NCBI RefSeq assembly: GCF_001457615.1
Contig: NZ_LN831024.1
Coordinates: 3,840,001 to 3,872,000, forward strand
Source of the DNA: Pseudomonas aeruginosa
Lineage (GTDB): Bacteria; Pseudomonadota; Gammaproteobacteria; Pseudomonadales; Pseudomonadaceae
Direction: 5' to 3'
Length of the DNA: 32,000 nucleotides
The position numbers were made by a program, and so were the translations under genes. Position 1 is the first letter of the stretch, and the number at the start of each line of letters is the position of its first letter. Below are positions 1 to 11,171 of the stretch, piece after piece. The notes beneath the pieces were generated by a model. It was not told the origin of the DNA. It saw only the letters and a list, made by a program, of their open reading frames with translations, and searched no databases.

Positions 1-375
1 GATCAGGTAGACCTTGTAGCGTCCGCGGGTCGGCGAGTACTGCACGTTGTCGAGCAGCTCGCGGGTATCCTCGACCTTGGTCCGGCTCGCGGCGTCCACT
101 TCGATCAGGTCGACGAAGCGGCCTTCGTCGATTTCGCGACAGACCGAGCATTCGCCGCACGGCGTGGAGCTGACCCCGGTCTCGCAGTTCAGGCACTTGG
201 CCAGGATCCGCGCGATGGTGGTCTTGCCGACCCCGCGGGTACCGGTGAACAGGTAGGCATGGTGCAGCCGCTGGTTGTCCAGGGCGTTGATCAGAGCCTT
301 GAGCACATGGGTCTGGCCGACCATTTCACGGAAGGAACGGGGACGCCATTTACGCGCAAGAACTTGATAACTCAT
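1..375 (-). CDS. dnaX: DNA polymerase III subunit gamma/tau, N-terminal part (gene continues beyond the window)
   Basis: The reverse strand reads MSYQVLARKWRPRSFREMVGQTHVLKALINALDNQRLHHAYLFTGTRGVGKTTIARILAKCLNCETGVSSTPCGECSVC..., with the Walker A motif GTRGVGKTT and zinc-binding cysteines. Start codon (CAT on +) at 373-375. Confidence 0.97.
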   Translation of the reverse strand, partial: MSYQVLARKWRPRSFREMVGQTHVLKALINALDNQRLHHAYLFTGTRGVGKTTIARILAKCLNCETGVSSTPCGECSVCREIDEGRFVDLIEVDAASRTKVEDTRELLDNVQYSPTRGRYKVYLI

Positions 376-504
376 CGAAAACCGTCGCAGAAGGGAAGCA
401 CAAGTCGGCCAATGCTAGCGCAATTTACCCCTTCTGCGCTCGCCGACTTGGCAAACTGCGTGCTAAGAATTCCCCTGGCCCTTCAGCAGCCCTCGTCGGT
501 GGCA

Positions 505-1278
505 ATGACTCTACCTTCCCTGACATCGTTCATGCCTCATTTCGGCGCACCTGCGCTGCTCCTGCTGCAGTTGCTCGCGGCCCTGCCAGCGACGGCCGCG
601 GAGACCGACGCGACGCCATTGCGCTTCTCGGTGATGGAAAGCTGGAGCATGCCGTTGGTCCGCCTGCAACGGGGCCAGCCGATCGACGGCATCGTCTACG
701 ACATCACCCGCTCCCTTGCCCGGCAGGTCGGCCGCAAGGCGCTCTACCACCCCTACCCGCGCGGGCGCATCGAGCAGGCGATGAACGCTGGCGAAATCGA
801 TGTCCGCTGCTACATCAGCCCCGCCTGGCTCAGCCACGACTTCCCCGGCTATCGCTGGAGCGTCGCGCTGCTGGTGCAACGCGACATCCTGGTCGCCCGC
901 GAAGGCTTCGCGCCGATTCCCGAGGCGCTGCCGGCCCAGCGTATCGGTACCGTCCTTGGCTACAGCTATCCCCGCTTGCAAGCGCTGTTCGACATCGGCC
1001 GACTGCGCCGCGACGATGCGCGCACCCAGGATCTGGTGCTGGAAAAGCTGCGCGCCGGCCGCTACCGCTACGCGGTCAGCCATCAACTGTCGCTGCACTG
1101 GAGCAACCGCCAGGCGCCGGGGCAGCCGCCACTCCAGGAAGCCGCGCAGCTCGAAGAGACGGCGGTGAGCTGCATGGTGCGGGACTCCGCAGAGGTTCCG
1201 GTGGAAGCGATACTGAAGACGTTCGAGGAAATGAAGCGCAGCGGAGAGATCGAGGAGATACTGCAGCGCTACCGATAA
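505..1278 (+). CDS. Periplasmic solute-binding-like protein (SBP_bac_3 type) with signal peptide
   Basis: ORF 259..1278. The likely start is 505 or 532 (MPHFGAPALLLLQLLAALPATAA looks like a signal peptide). Downstream sequence resembles small periplasmic amino-acid-binding-like proteins (GTVLGYSYPRL..., EIEEILQRY). Confidence 0.7.
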   Translation: MTLPSLTSFMPHFGAPALLLLQLLAALPATAAETDATPLRFSVMESWSMPLVRLQRGQPIDGIVYDITRSLARQVGRKALYHPYPRGRIEQAMNAGEIDVRCYISPAWLSHDFPGYRWSVALLVQRDILVAREGFAPIPEALPAQRIGTVLGYSYPRLQALFDIGRLRRDDARTQDLVLEKLRAGRYRYAVSHQLSLHWSNRQAPGQPPLQEAAQLEETAVSCMVRDSAEVPVEAILKTFEEMKRSGEIEEILQRYR

Positions 1279-1320
1279 GAGCGGCGGCGGCGTGCGGAAA
1301 ATGGCGGGCCTGAAATGGAG

Positions 1321-1429
1321 GCGGCCCCGCCAGCCACACCCCGGCACACGATGTTCCCGCTGTGGCTGCTTCCTTCCGGACCTGACCAGGTTGACGGGTA
1401 ATCGTTGCGGGGGGACCGACAGGGCCACC
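1321..1429 (-). ncRNA. ffs: 4.5S RNA, signal recognition particle RNA (small bacterial type)
   Basis: The reverse complement contains the hallmark CAGGTCAGGTCCGGAAGGAAGCAGCC, the ...GTGTGCCGGGGTGTGGCTGGCGGGGCC 3' strand and the pairing 5' strand GGCCCTGTCGGTCCCCCCGCAACG, an E. coli 4.5S-like architecture. Ends are approximate. Confidence 0.95.
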
Positions 1430-1459
1430 ATTGCAGCCTACCCTCGGGTAGGCCGCGCC

Positions 1460-1487
1460 ATTCTACCGGCTTGCGCGTAAGTTACAA
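1460..1487 (-). promoter_or_regulatory. Putative sigma70 promoter for ffs
   Basis: On the minus strand, TTGTAA (1487-1482), 16-nt spacer, TAGAAT (1465-1460), then the 4.5S RNA. Confidence 0.55.
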
Positions 1488-1531
1488 CCACTTCAAGCAC
1501 TTACGTTTGCAATCCATTTCGCGAAAGCGGT

Positions 1532-1909
1532 TCATTGCTGCTGGATCAGACCCTCCGGCGGCGGCTGGGTCGATACGCTCAGCTCGGTATCGACATACAG
1601 GTCCAGGGTGCCCCAGCCCGGCTTGGTGCTGAACGACGCATACTTCTCCTCACCGCGATGGAAGGAGAAGGCGATCCGGTAATCGCTGCCGCCGAACAGC
1701 TTCACCGGAAACTCGCGGACCTGGCCGGGCCGGATCTCCCCGGAGAAGGTTTCCACGCCCTGCTCCTTGTAGCTGTAGGCGATCGGCGCCGAAGCCTGGC
1801 CACTGTAATGCAGCAGGATGCGCGGCCGCTCGCTCCAACCCACGTAGGCGCCGAACAGCACCACCAATGCGAGCACGCCCAGCAACCGCTGCTTTCTTGC
1901 CTTGTCCAT
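1532..1909 (-). CDS. Hypothetical protein with a single N-terminal transmembrane segment
   Basis: ORF of 125 aa, MDKARKQRLLGVLALVVLFGAYVGW... followed by a soluble beta-rich-looking domain. Close upstream spacing to ligA suggests co-transcription. Confidence 0.75.
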   Translation of the reverse strand: MDKARKQRLLGVLALVVLFGAYVGWSERPRILLHYSGQASAPIAYSYKEQGVETFSGEIRPGQVREFPVKLFGGSDYRIAFSFHRGEEKYASFSTKPGWGTLDLYVDTELSVSTQPPPEGLIQQQ

Positions 1910-1954
1910 CGTTAACTCCAGTCTTCGGAAATCTTTCGCAGCAGCGCCGCCGCT

Positions 1955-4429
<2,475 letters not shown>

Positions 4430-5299
4430 TCAGCGCTTCTGCATCAGGCTGCGACGCTCATGGTCGATGATGCGCTGGCGGTAGTGCTCGATGGTCTGGG
4501 CGGTCAACACGCTGCGCTGCTCGTCCTTCAGCTCGCCGTTCAGCTCGTGGGCCAGCTTGCGAGCGGCGGCAACCATCACGTCGAAGGCCTGCTTCGGATG
4601 GCGCGGCCCCGGCAGGCCGAGGAAGAAGCTCACGGCGCGGGTGCTGAAGTTGTCGATGTCGTCCAGGTCGAAAGTGCCCGGTTTCACCGCATTGGCCATG
4701 GAGAACAGGATCTCGCCATTGCCGGCCATGCTTTCGTGGCGATGGAAGATGTCCATGTCGCCGAAGCGCAGGCCGCTCTCGAGGATGTTCTGCAACAATG
4801 CCGGCCCCTTGAAGCCGCTCTCGTCGCGGGCGATGACGTTGATGATCAGCACCTCGTCGACCGGGGCAGGTTCGGCAGCAACCGCAGGGGCTTTCTCCCG
4901 CTCTTTCTCCTTGCGGCCCTTCGACTTGCCCTTGCGCGGCTCCACCGTCTCGGCGGCATCGCTCGGGTCCGCCTCCAGGGCCAGCCCCTCGTCGAGGTCC
5001 AGATCGCCCTGGCGCGGCTCTTCCTGGCGCTTGCCGCCCTTGCGTTCCTTGGCTTCGCGGGCGCTGACGCTGGGCAGGTCCTGTTCGTCGAAGGATGGCT
5101 CGCGATGCTCGACCACGCGCGCCGGCCCCAGCAGTTCAGCCGAGTCGCCGTCGTCGTCCGGCAGATTGGCGAAACTGCGGTCGAGCTTGAACTTCAACTT
5201 GCCCTTGCCGCCCCGCATCCGCCGCCAACCGTCGAAGAGAATGCCGGCGATCACGATAAGCCCGATAACGATAAGCCATTCGCGCAGACCGATATCCAT
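4430..5299 (-). CDS. zipA: Cell division protein ZipA
   Basis: 289-aa ORF with N-terminal membrane anchor [34 protein letters not shown], charged linker, and ZipA C-terminal domain ([20 protein letters not shown].../[37 protein letters not shown]). Directly downstream of smc. Confidence 0.95.
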   Translation of the reverse strand: MDIGLREWLIVIGLIVIAGILFDGWRRMRGGKGKLKFKLDRSFANLPDDDGDSAELLGPARVVEHREPSFDEQDLPSVSAREAKERKGGKRQEEPRQGDLDLDEGLALEADPSDAAETVEPRKGKSKGRKEKEREKAPAVAAEPAPVDEVLIINVIARDESGFKGPALLQNILESGLRFGDMDIFHRHESMAGNGEILFSMANAVKPGTFDLDDIDNFSTRAVSFFLGLPGPRHPKQAFDVMVAAARKLAHELNGELKDEQRSVLTAQTIEHYRQRIIDHERRSLMQKR

Positions 5300-5463
5300 G
5301 TAATTCCGTAGCCCCTAGTGAAAATGGTGAATAAAAAATGAAAAAAGGACGTCCTGTCCCTTGAAACGTGGAGCCAACCTTGTTCTGACAGAACTTTCCC
5401 ACGCGATACAAAAAGTGGCCATTAAACTAACATGCCCATGCACAAGTTTACACTGCCTGACAC

Positions 5464-8400
5464 TCAGGCTTCAGCCAATGCGACCGCCTCTTCCACGTCA
5501 ACTGCAACAAGCCGTGAACAGCCCGGCTCATGCATGGTCACGCCCATCAACTGATCGGCCATTTCCATGGCGATCTTGTTGTGGGTGATATAGATGAACT
5601 GCACCTTTTCCGACATCTCCTTCACCAATCGCGCATAACGTCCGACGTTGGCATCGTCCAATGGCGCATCGACTTCGTCGAGCATGCAGAACGGCGCCGG
5701 GTTCAACTGGAAGATGGCGAATACCAGCGCCAGCGCGGTCAGCGCCTTTTCCCCGCCGGACAACAAGTGGATGGTGCTGTTCTTCTTGCCCGGCGGGCGC
5801 GCCATGATCGCCACACCGGTATCGAGTAGATCTTCGCCGGTAAGTTCCAGATATGCCGTACCGCCGCCGAATACCTTCGGGAACAATGCCTGAAGGCCAG
5901 CATTGATCTGGTCGAAGGTTTCCTTGAAACGATTGCGGGTTTCCCGGTCGATCTTGCGGATGACGTTTTCCAGCGTCTCCAGCGCTTCGGCCAGGTCGTC
6001 GTTCTGCGAGTCCAGGTAGCGCTTGCGCTCGGACTGCTGCTGGTACTCCTCGATCGCCGCCAGGTTGATCGGCCCCAGACGCTGGATGCGCGCCGCGAGA
6101 CTCTCGAGACGCTCCTCCCAATCGCGTTCGCTGGCATCCAGGGGCAGGTTGGCCAGTACCGTATGCAGGTCGTAGCCGTCTTCGGCGAGCTGCTCCTGCA
6201 AGGCTTTGCGCCGCACCACCAGCCCCTGCCACTCCAGGCGCTGCTGCTCCAGCTGGCCACGCAGCAGTTGCGATTGCTGCTCGGCCTGGCCGCGGCGCTT
6301 CTCCACCTCGCGCAGTTCGCGATCGGCGTCTTCCAGGGCCAGCCGCGCCTGCTTGAGTTCGTCCTCGACGGCCATCCGCCGCTCCAGCAACTCCTCGAGC
6401 TTCATGCGCAGCTCTTCCAGCGGTGCCGCCCCCTCCTCCAGATTGAGGTTGAGCTGTTCGCAACGCTCGTTGAGGCGCGCCGACTGCTGGTCGAGGCGCT
6501 CCAGGGCCTGCTGGGTGGAATTGTGCTGCGCCTTCAGCGAGCCGACCCGCACCGCCAACTGGTGCGCATGGTCCTTGTGGGTGCGGGCATCCTGGCGAAT
6601 CCGGTCGAGCCGTTCGCGCAGGGCGTCACGCTCCGCCAGCAGGGTTTCCCGGCGCTCGGTGTCCAGCGCCATGCTATCCAGCGCTTCCTGCAGGGTCAGG
6701 CGCGCCTCGCTCAGTTGCTCCTGTTCCAGCGCGCGCTGCTCGGCCAGTTCCGCCACTTCTTCGTCGAGACGGCGGCGACGCAGTACCAGTTGCTCGACCT
6801 TGGCCTGCTGCGCGGACAACTGCGCCTTCAGCTCGCCGTGCCGGCGCCCCTCCTCCTGGACCTGGCGCCGCACCTGCTCGCGCGCGCCTTCCAGCTCGCG
6901 CTGCTCGTCGCGGGCCGCAGCCAGACGCTCCTCGCCTTCGGCGACACGGGTTTCCAGGGCCTCCCGCCGCTCCTGCAACGCCTCCAGTTCCTGGGCGCGG
7001 GCGAGCATGCCGCCCTGGGCCTCGTCGCTGCGCCGGACCCGCAGGAAGTGCCGGCCGACCCAGTAGCCATCGCGACTGATCAGGCTCTCGCCGTCGTCCA
7101 GGGCGCCGCGCTGGGCGAGCGCCTGTTCCAGGGTCTCCACCGGTTTCACCCGGGCCAACCAGGGACTCAGGTCGGCGTCGGCGCGGACCTTGTCCAGCAG
7201 CGAACCGGCCGCCGTCGCGGCTCCGCGAGCGGGGCTGAGCAGGCGCAGCTCGCCCTTGCCGAAGCCGGCCAGGGCGAGCCCGTCGAAGCCGTCCAGCAAG
7301 ACCGCCTGCAGATCCGCGCCGAGCACGGTCTCCACCGCCAGCTCCCAACCCGGCTCGACACGCAAGCCTTCGGCGAGGCGCGGACGTTGTTCCAAGCCCT
7401 GCTCGCGCAACCACTCCAAGGCGCCCTGTCCGGGATCGAGAGCGGCCTGCTGCAGGGCCTCCAGCGAAGCGATGCGCCCGTTCAGGCGCTGCAACTCGCC
7501 CTGCGCCTGGTGCTGTTCGGCGGCCAGTTGCTGCAATTCCTGGCGCAATTGTTCGAGTCGCTCGGCTTGGCCCTGCTCCTGCAATTGCAGTTCTTCCAGG
7601 GCCAGTTCGGCGATCGCCACCTGCTCGTTGAGTTCGAGGATCGCCGCGTCCTCGGGGTCGGCCGCCAACTGGCCACGCTCCTCCTGCAGGCGCCGCTCGC
7701 GATCCTGCAGGCGCTCCAGGCTCTGCTCCAGGTGCTGGATGCGCGACTGCTGCACCTCGGCCTGGCGGCGGGGTTCGGCGCTCTGCTGGTTGAAGGCATC
7801 CCACTGCTGCTGCCAGGCCTGCATGCCCTGCTCGGCCTGTTCCAGGGCGATGCCCGCTTCTTCCGCGGCGGCCGCGCTGAGTTCCTGTTCCGGTGCGAGC
7901 ATGGCCATTTCCTCGGCCAGGGTCGCGAGCAAGGTACGGTCGTGCCCGAGGTGCGATTCGGTTTCCTGGCGGGTCCGTTCGGCTTCGCGCAAGTCGTCCT
8001 GCAACTGGCGCTGGCGCTGCTGGCCATGCTGGATGCTCTGCTCGACCCGGGCGATGTCGCCGCCGACCGAATAGAAGCGTGCCTGCACCTGGTTGAAGCG
8101 TTCGGACAACTCGTGATGGCCGTCGCGCAGCCGTTCGATGCCGGCATCGGCACCGCGCTGCTCGGCTACCAGGGCCTCGAAGGCGACCTCCTGGTCGCCG
8201 ATGACCCGCTCGCGCTGACCGACCTGCTCGTTCAGGTCGCGCCAGCGCACGGCACCCAGCTGGGCCTTGAGCTGGCGCTCCTCGGCCTTGTGCTCCTGGT
8301 ATTTTTCCGCCGACTGGGCCTGCCGGTGCAGGCGTTCCAGTTGCCGCCCCAGCTCTTCGCGCAGGTCGGTGAGGCGTGCCAGGTTTTCCTGGGTCCGACG

Positions 8401-8952
8401 GATGCGGCTTTCGGTTTCGCGGCGGCGCTCCTTGTACTTGGAAATGCCCGCGGCTTCCTCGATGAAGTTGCGCAGGTCTTCCGGACGCGCCTCGATCAGC
8501 TTGGAGATCATGCCCTGTTCGATGATCGAGTAGCTGCGCGGCCCCAGGCCGGTGCCGAGGAAGATGTCGGTGATGTCGCGCCGCCGGCACTTGGTGCCGT
8601 TGAGGAAATAGGTGTTCTGCCCATCCCGCGAGACCCGCCGGCGAATGGATATCTCGGCGTACTGGGCGTATTCGCCCACCAGTGTGGTCTCGGCGTTGTC
8701 GAAGATCAGCTCGATGCTCGCCTGGCTCACCGGCTTGCGGGTATTCGAGCCGTTGAAGATGACATCGGTCATCGACTCGCCACGCAGGTTCTTCGCCGAG
8801 CTTTCGCCCATCACCCAGCGCACCGCGTCGATGATGTTCGACTTGCCGCAGCCGTTCGGCCCTACCACTGCCGCCATGTTGCTGGGGAAGTTCACCGTGG
8901 TCGGATCGACGAAGGACTTGAACCCCGCCAGCTTGATGCTCTTCAGGCGCAT
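5464..8952 (-). CDS. smc: Chromosome segregation ATPase SMC
   Basis: MRLKSIKLAGFKSFVDPTTVNFPSNMAAVVGPNGCGKSNIIDAVRWVMGE (Walker A), long coiled coils, hinge, and C-terminal LLSGGEKALTALALVFAIFQLNPAPFCMLDEVDAPLDDANV (signature and Walker B). The track ORF starts at 9063; the SMC N-terminus places the start at 8952 (1162 aa). Confidence 0.98.
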   Translation of the reverse strand: MRLKSIKLAGFKSFVDPTTVNFPSNMAAVVGPNGCGKSNIIDAVRWVMGESSAKNLRGESMTDVIFNGSNTRKPVSQASIELIFDNAETTLVGEYAQYAEISIRRRVSRDGQNTYFLNGTKCRRRDITDIFLGTGLGPRSYSIIEQGMISKLIEARPEDLRNFIEEAAGISKYKERRRETESRIRRTQENLARLTDLREELGRQLERLHRQAQSAEKYQEHKAEERQLKAQLGAVRWRDLNEQVGQRERVIGDQEVAFEALVAEQRGADAGIERLRDGHHELSERFNQVQARFYSVGGDIARVEQSIQHGQQRQRQLQDDLREAERTRQETESHLGHDRTLLATLAEEMAMLAPEQELSAAAAEEAGIALEQAEQGMQAWQQQWDAFNQQSAEPRRQAEVQQSRIQHLEQSLERLQDRERRLQEERGQLAADPEDAAILELNEQVAIAELALEELQLQEQGQAERLEQLRQELQQLAAEQHQAQGELQRLNGRIASLEALQQAALDPGQGALEWLREQGLEQRPRLAEGLRVEPGWELAVETVLGADLQAVLLDGFDGLALAGFGKGELRLLSPARGAATAAGSLLDKVRADADLSPWLARVKPVETLEQALAQRGALDDGESLISRDGYWVGRHFLRVRRSDEAQGGMLARAQELEALQERREALETRVAEGEERLAAARDEQRELEGAREQVRRQVQEEGRRHGELKAQLSAQQAKVEQLVLRRRRLDEEVAELAEQRALEQEQLSEARLTLQEALDSMALDTERRETLLAERDALRERLDRIRQDARTHKDHAHQLAVRVGSLKAQHNSTQQALERLDQQSARLNERCEQLNLNLEEGAAPLEELRMKLEELLERRMAVEDELKQARLALEDADRELREVEKRRGQAEQQSQLLRGQLEQQRLEWQGLVVRRKALQEQLAEDGYDLHTVLANLPLDASERDWEERLESLAARIQRLGPINLAAIEEYQQQSERKRYLDSQNDDLAEALETLENVIRKIDRETRNRFKETFDQINAGLQALFPKVFGGGTAYLELTGEDLLDTGVAIMARPPGKKNSTIHLLSGGEKALTALALVFAIFQLNPAPFCMLDEVDAPLDDANVGRYARLVKEMSEKVQFIYITHNKIAMEMADQLMGVTMHEPGCSRLVAVDVEEAVALAEA

Positions 8953-8977
8953 GCGTGCGCTCCCGCCAGGGTCGCCA

Positions 8978-9637
8978 TCAGCGTTCGGCGAGCGCGGCCA
9001 GCACCAGCTGGCAGTTGTGGCGGCCGTATTCCAGCAGGACCTCGCGGATCCTCGCCTCGTCACGGGCGATCACCGCTTGCAGGAGCTGAGCAAAACTGCC
9101 GAGGAACTGGTTCATTTCCGCCTTGCGCCGTTCCAGCGCCAGGTGGTAGGCGCGACTCACCGCCGGCAGCAGGTTTTCGACGGTCTCCTGCAGGTAGGGA
9201 TTGTTCGCGAAAGGAAAGGCCGCGCGCATGATGTCGAAGCTGGCCTCGACGAAGCCGTCGATATCGCTTTGCGCCAGGTTGTTCAGCAGGCGCTGCTGGA
9301 TGACCAGGAACGGTGCCAGCTCGGCTTCGCTGCGCCAGCGCCGGGCGACGCTTTCCGCCAGCAGGATGTAGAGCTGCACGATCAGCGCGTAGAGGCTTTC
9401 CACATGTTGCGGGGACAGTTCGGACACCTGGGCGCCGCGGCGCGGCAGGATGTTCACCAGGTGGCGGCGTTCGAGAATCAGCAGCGCCTCGCGGACCGAG
9501 CCGCGACTGACGTTGAGGGTCTGGGTGACCTTCTGCTCCTGGATACGTTCCCGTTCCTTGAGTTCTCCCCGGATGATGCGTTCCGCGAGGTGGTGGGCGA
9601 TCTGCTCTGCCAGGCTGTCCGGGGCCTTGAACGTCAT
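8978..9637 (-). CDS. GntR-family (FadR-like/FCD domain) transcriptional regulator
   Basis: MTFKAPDSLAEQIAHHLAERIIRGELKERERIQEQKVTQTLNVSRGSVREALLILERRHLVNILPRRGAQV is a GntR wHTH, followed by an all-alpha FCD-like domain. The start is inferred at 9637 rather than the ORF maximum at 9778. Confidence 0.92.
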   Translation of the reverse strand: MTFKAPDSLAEQIAHHLAERIIRGELKERERIQEQKVTQTLNVSRGSVREALLILERRHLVNILPRRGAQVSELSPQHVESLYALIVQLYILLAESVARRWRSEAELAPFLVIQQRLLNNLAQSDIDGFVEASFDIMRAAFPFANNPYLQETVENLLPAVSRAYHLALERRKAEMNQFLGSFAQLLQAVIARDEARIREVLLEYGRHNCQLVLAALAER

Positions 9638-9773
9638 GGTGATCCTTTTATCCAGGGGCGCGTTTTCCGGGGGTATATGGATGGGAAGTGTAACACAGGG
9701 CGTTACCCCGCCGGCTTCCCGGCGAAGCGGCGGACAGAACGAAGGTTGGGATGGGGCAGGCCGGCCAAGGGAG

Positions 9774-9789
9774 GACAATTGTCAGACAA
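9774..9789. promoter_or_regulatory. Operator-like overlapping palindromes GACAATTGTC / TTGTCAGACAA between the GntR gene and alkB2
   Basis: Sequence GACAATTGTCAGACAA. GACAATTGTC (9774-9783) and TTGTC-A-GACAA (9779-9789) are both perfect palindromes. Confidence 0.5.
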
Positions 9790-9817
9790 TCTAACAAGAT
9801 AAATACGAGGACTTCCC

Positions 9818-10951
9818 ATGTTTGCCTCGCTTTCCTCTGCCTGGATGCTGCGTCTGAAAAAGTACGGCTACTGGATCTGGCTGATCGCGGTGCTCGGCAT
9901 CCCGCTCAGCTACTGGTGGTCGCTCGGTAGCGACTACCCCAACGCCTGGCCCTGGCTGGTGATCAGCGTGGTGTTCGGGCTGATCCCGATCCTCGATGCC
10001 ATCGTCGGCCGCGATCCGGCCAACCCCGAGGAAGCCAGCGAAGTGCCGGAGATGGAAGCACAGGGCTACTACCGCGTACTGTCCCTGGCCACCGTCCCGC
10101 TGTTGCTGGGCATGCTCGTCTGGTCCGGCTGGATCCTCGCCCACGAGACCCGCTGGGACTGGGTCGGCCAACTGGGCTGGATCCTGTCGGTGGGCACCGT
10201 GATGGGCGCCATCGGCATCACCGTCTCCCACGAACTGATCCACAAGGACCCGCAACTGGAACAGAACGCCGGCGGCCTGCTGCTGGCAGCGGTGTGCTAT
10301 GCCGGCTTCAAGGTCGAACACGTGCGCGGCCACCATGTACACGTCTCGACCCCGGAAGATGCCTCGTCCTCGCGCTACGGCCAGAGCCTCTACTCGTTCC
10401 TCCCGCACGCCTACAAGCACAACTTCCTCAACGCCTGGCGCCTGGAGGCCGAGCGCCTGAAGCGCAAGGGCCTGCCGGCCCTGCACTGGCGCAACGAGCT
10501 GATCTGGTGGTACGCCATCAGCGCCCTCTTCCTGCTCGGCTTCAGCCTGGCCTTCGGCTGGCTGGGAGCGATCTTCTTCCTCGGCCAGTCGGTGATGGCC
10601 TTCACCCTGCTGGAGATCGTCAACTACGTCGAGCACTACGGCCTGCATCGGCGGCGCCTGGACAACGGCCGCTACGAACGCACCACGCCGGAACACTCGT
10701 GGAACAGCAATTTCCTCCTGACCAACCTGTTCCTTTTCCACCTGCAGCGCCATTCCGACCACCATGCCTACGCCAAGCGCCGCTACCAGGTGCTGCGCCA
10801 CTACGACAGCAGCCCGCAACTGCCCAACGGCTACGCCGGGATGATCGTCCTCGCCCTGTTCCCACCGCTCTGGCGCGCGGTGATGGACCCGAAGGTGCGC
10901 GCCTACTATGCCGGCGAGGAATACCAGCTTACCGACACCCAGCGCATCTGA
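9818..10951 (+). CDS. alkB2: Alkane 1-monooxygenase (AlkB-type non-heme diiron membrane hydroxylase)
   Basis: 377-aa protein with hydrophobic segments and histidine motifs HELIHK, EHVRGHHVHV, NYVEHYGLHR and LQRHSDHH. Naming as alkB2 rests on the neighbourhood. Confidence 0.93.
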   Translation: MFASLSSAWMLRLKKYGYWIWLIAVLGIPLSYWWSLGSDYPNAWPWLVISVVFGLIPILDAIVGRDPANPEEASEVPEMEAQGYYRVLSLATVPLLLGMLVWSGWILAHETRWDWVGQLGWILSVGTVMGAIGITVSHELIHKDPQLEQNAGGLLLAAVCYAGFKVEHVRGHHVHVSTPEDASSSRYGQSLYSFLPHAYKHNFLNAWRLEAERLKRKGLPALHWRNELIWWYAISALFLLGFSLAFGWLGAIFFLGQSVMAFTLLEIVNYVEHYGLHRRRLDNGRYERTTPEHSWNSNFLLTNLFLFHLQRHSDHHAYAKRRYQVLRHYDSSPQLPNGYAGMIVLALFPPLWRAVMDPKVRAYYAGEEYQLTDTQRI

Positions 10952-10968
10952 GCGTCCCGCCCCTGGGA

Positions 10969-10998
10969 AACGGCACCTTCGGGTGCCGTTTTCGTTTA
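10969..10998 (+). terminator. Rho-independent terminator after alkB2
   Basis: CGGCACC-TTCG-GGTGCCG followed by TTTTCGTTT. Confidence 0.85.
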
Positions 10999-11004
10999 TG
11001 GGCA

Positions 11005-11063
11005 AACTGACTGACCTACAGGTCAAAAAATTATTTGACTCAAAAGTCAGTTTTTTCTAGATT
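11005..11063 (+). promoter_or_regulatory. Candidate xdhABC promoter with nested inverted repeats
   Basis: TGACCT-AC-AGGTCA (11012-11025); AACTGACT (11005-11012) paired with AGTCAGTT (11045-11052); -35-like TTGACT (11035-11040), 17 nt, -10-like TAGATT (11058-11063). Confidence 0.5.
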
Positions 11064-11171
11064 CGCCTCCATAGCTCCTACCGTGGAGCCCTGTGCGGAA
11101 ACCGCCCCACTCCGGCCGGTTCTCCTGCAAGGCCTAGAATTCAATAACAAGAACCCGCCTGGAGGCACGCC

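Noticed and set aside
6163-9231. 1022-aa ORF on + strand opposite smc
   Set aside because: Shadow ORF in a high-GC gene. Its sequence is low-complexity Leu/Gln/Ala-rich with no domain motifs, whereas the minus-strand frame encodes an unmistakable SMC protein.
9791-11026. 411-aa minus-strand ORF opposite alkB2
   Set aside because: The plus strand has all diiron His motifs of AlkB. The antisense frame shows only His/Gln/Asp-rich translation from complementary codons.
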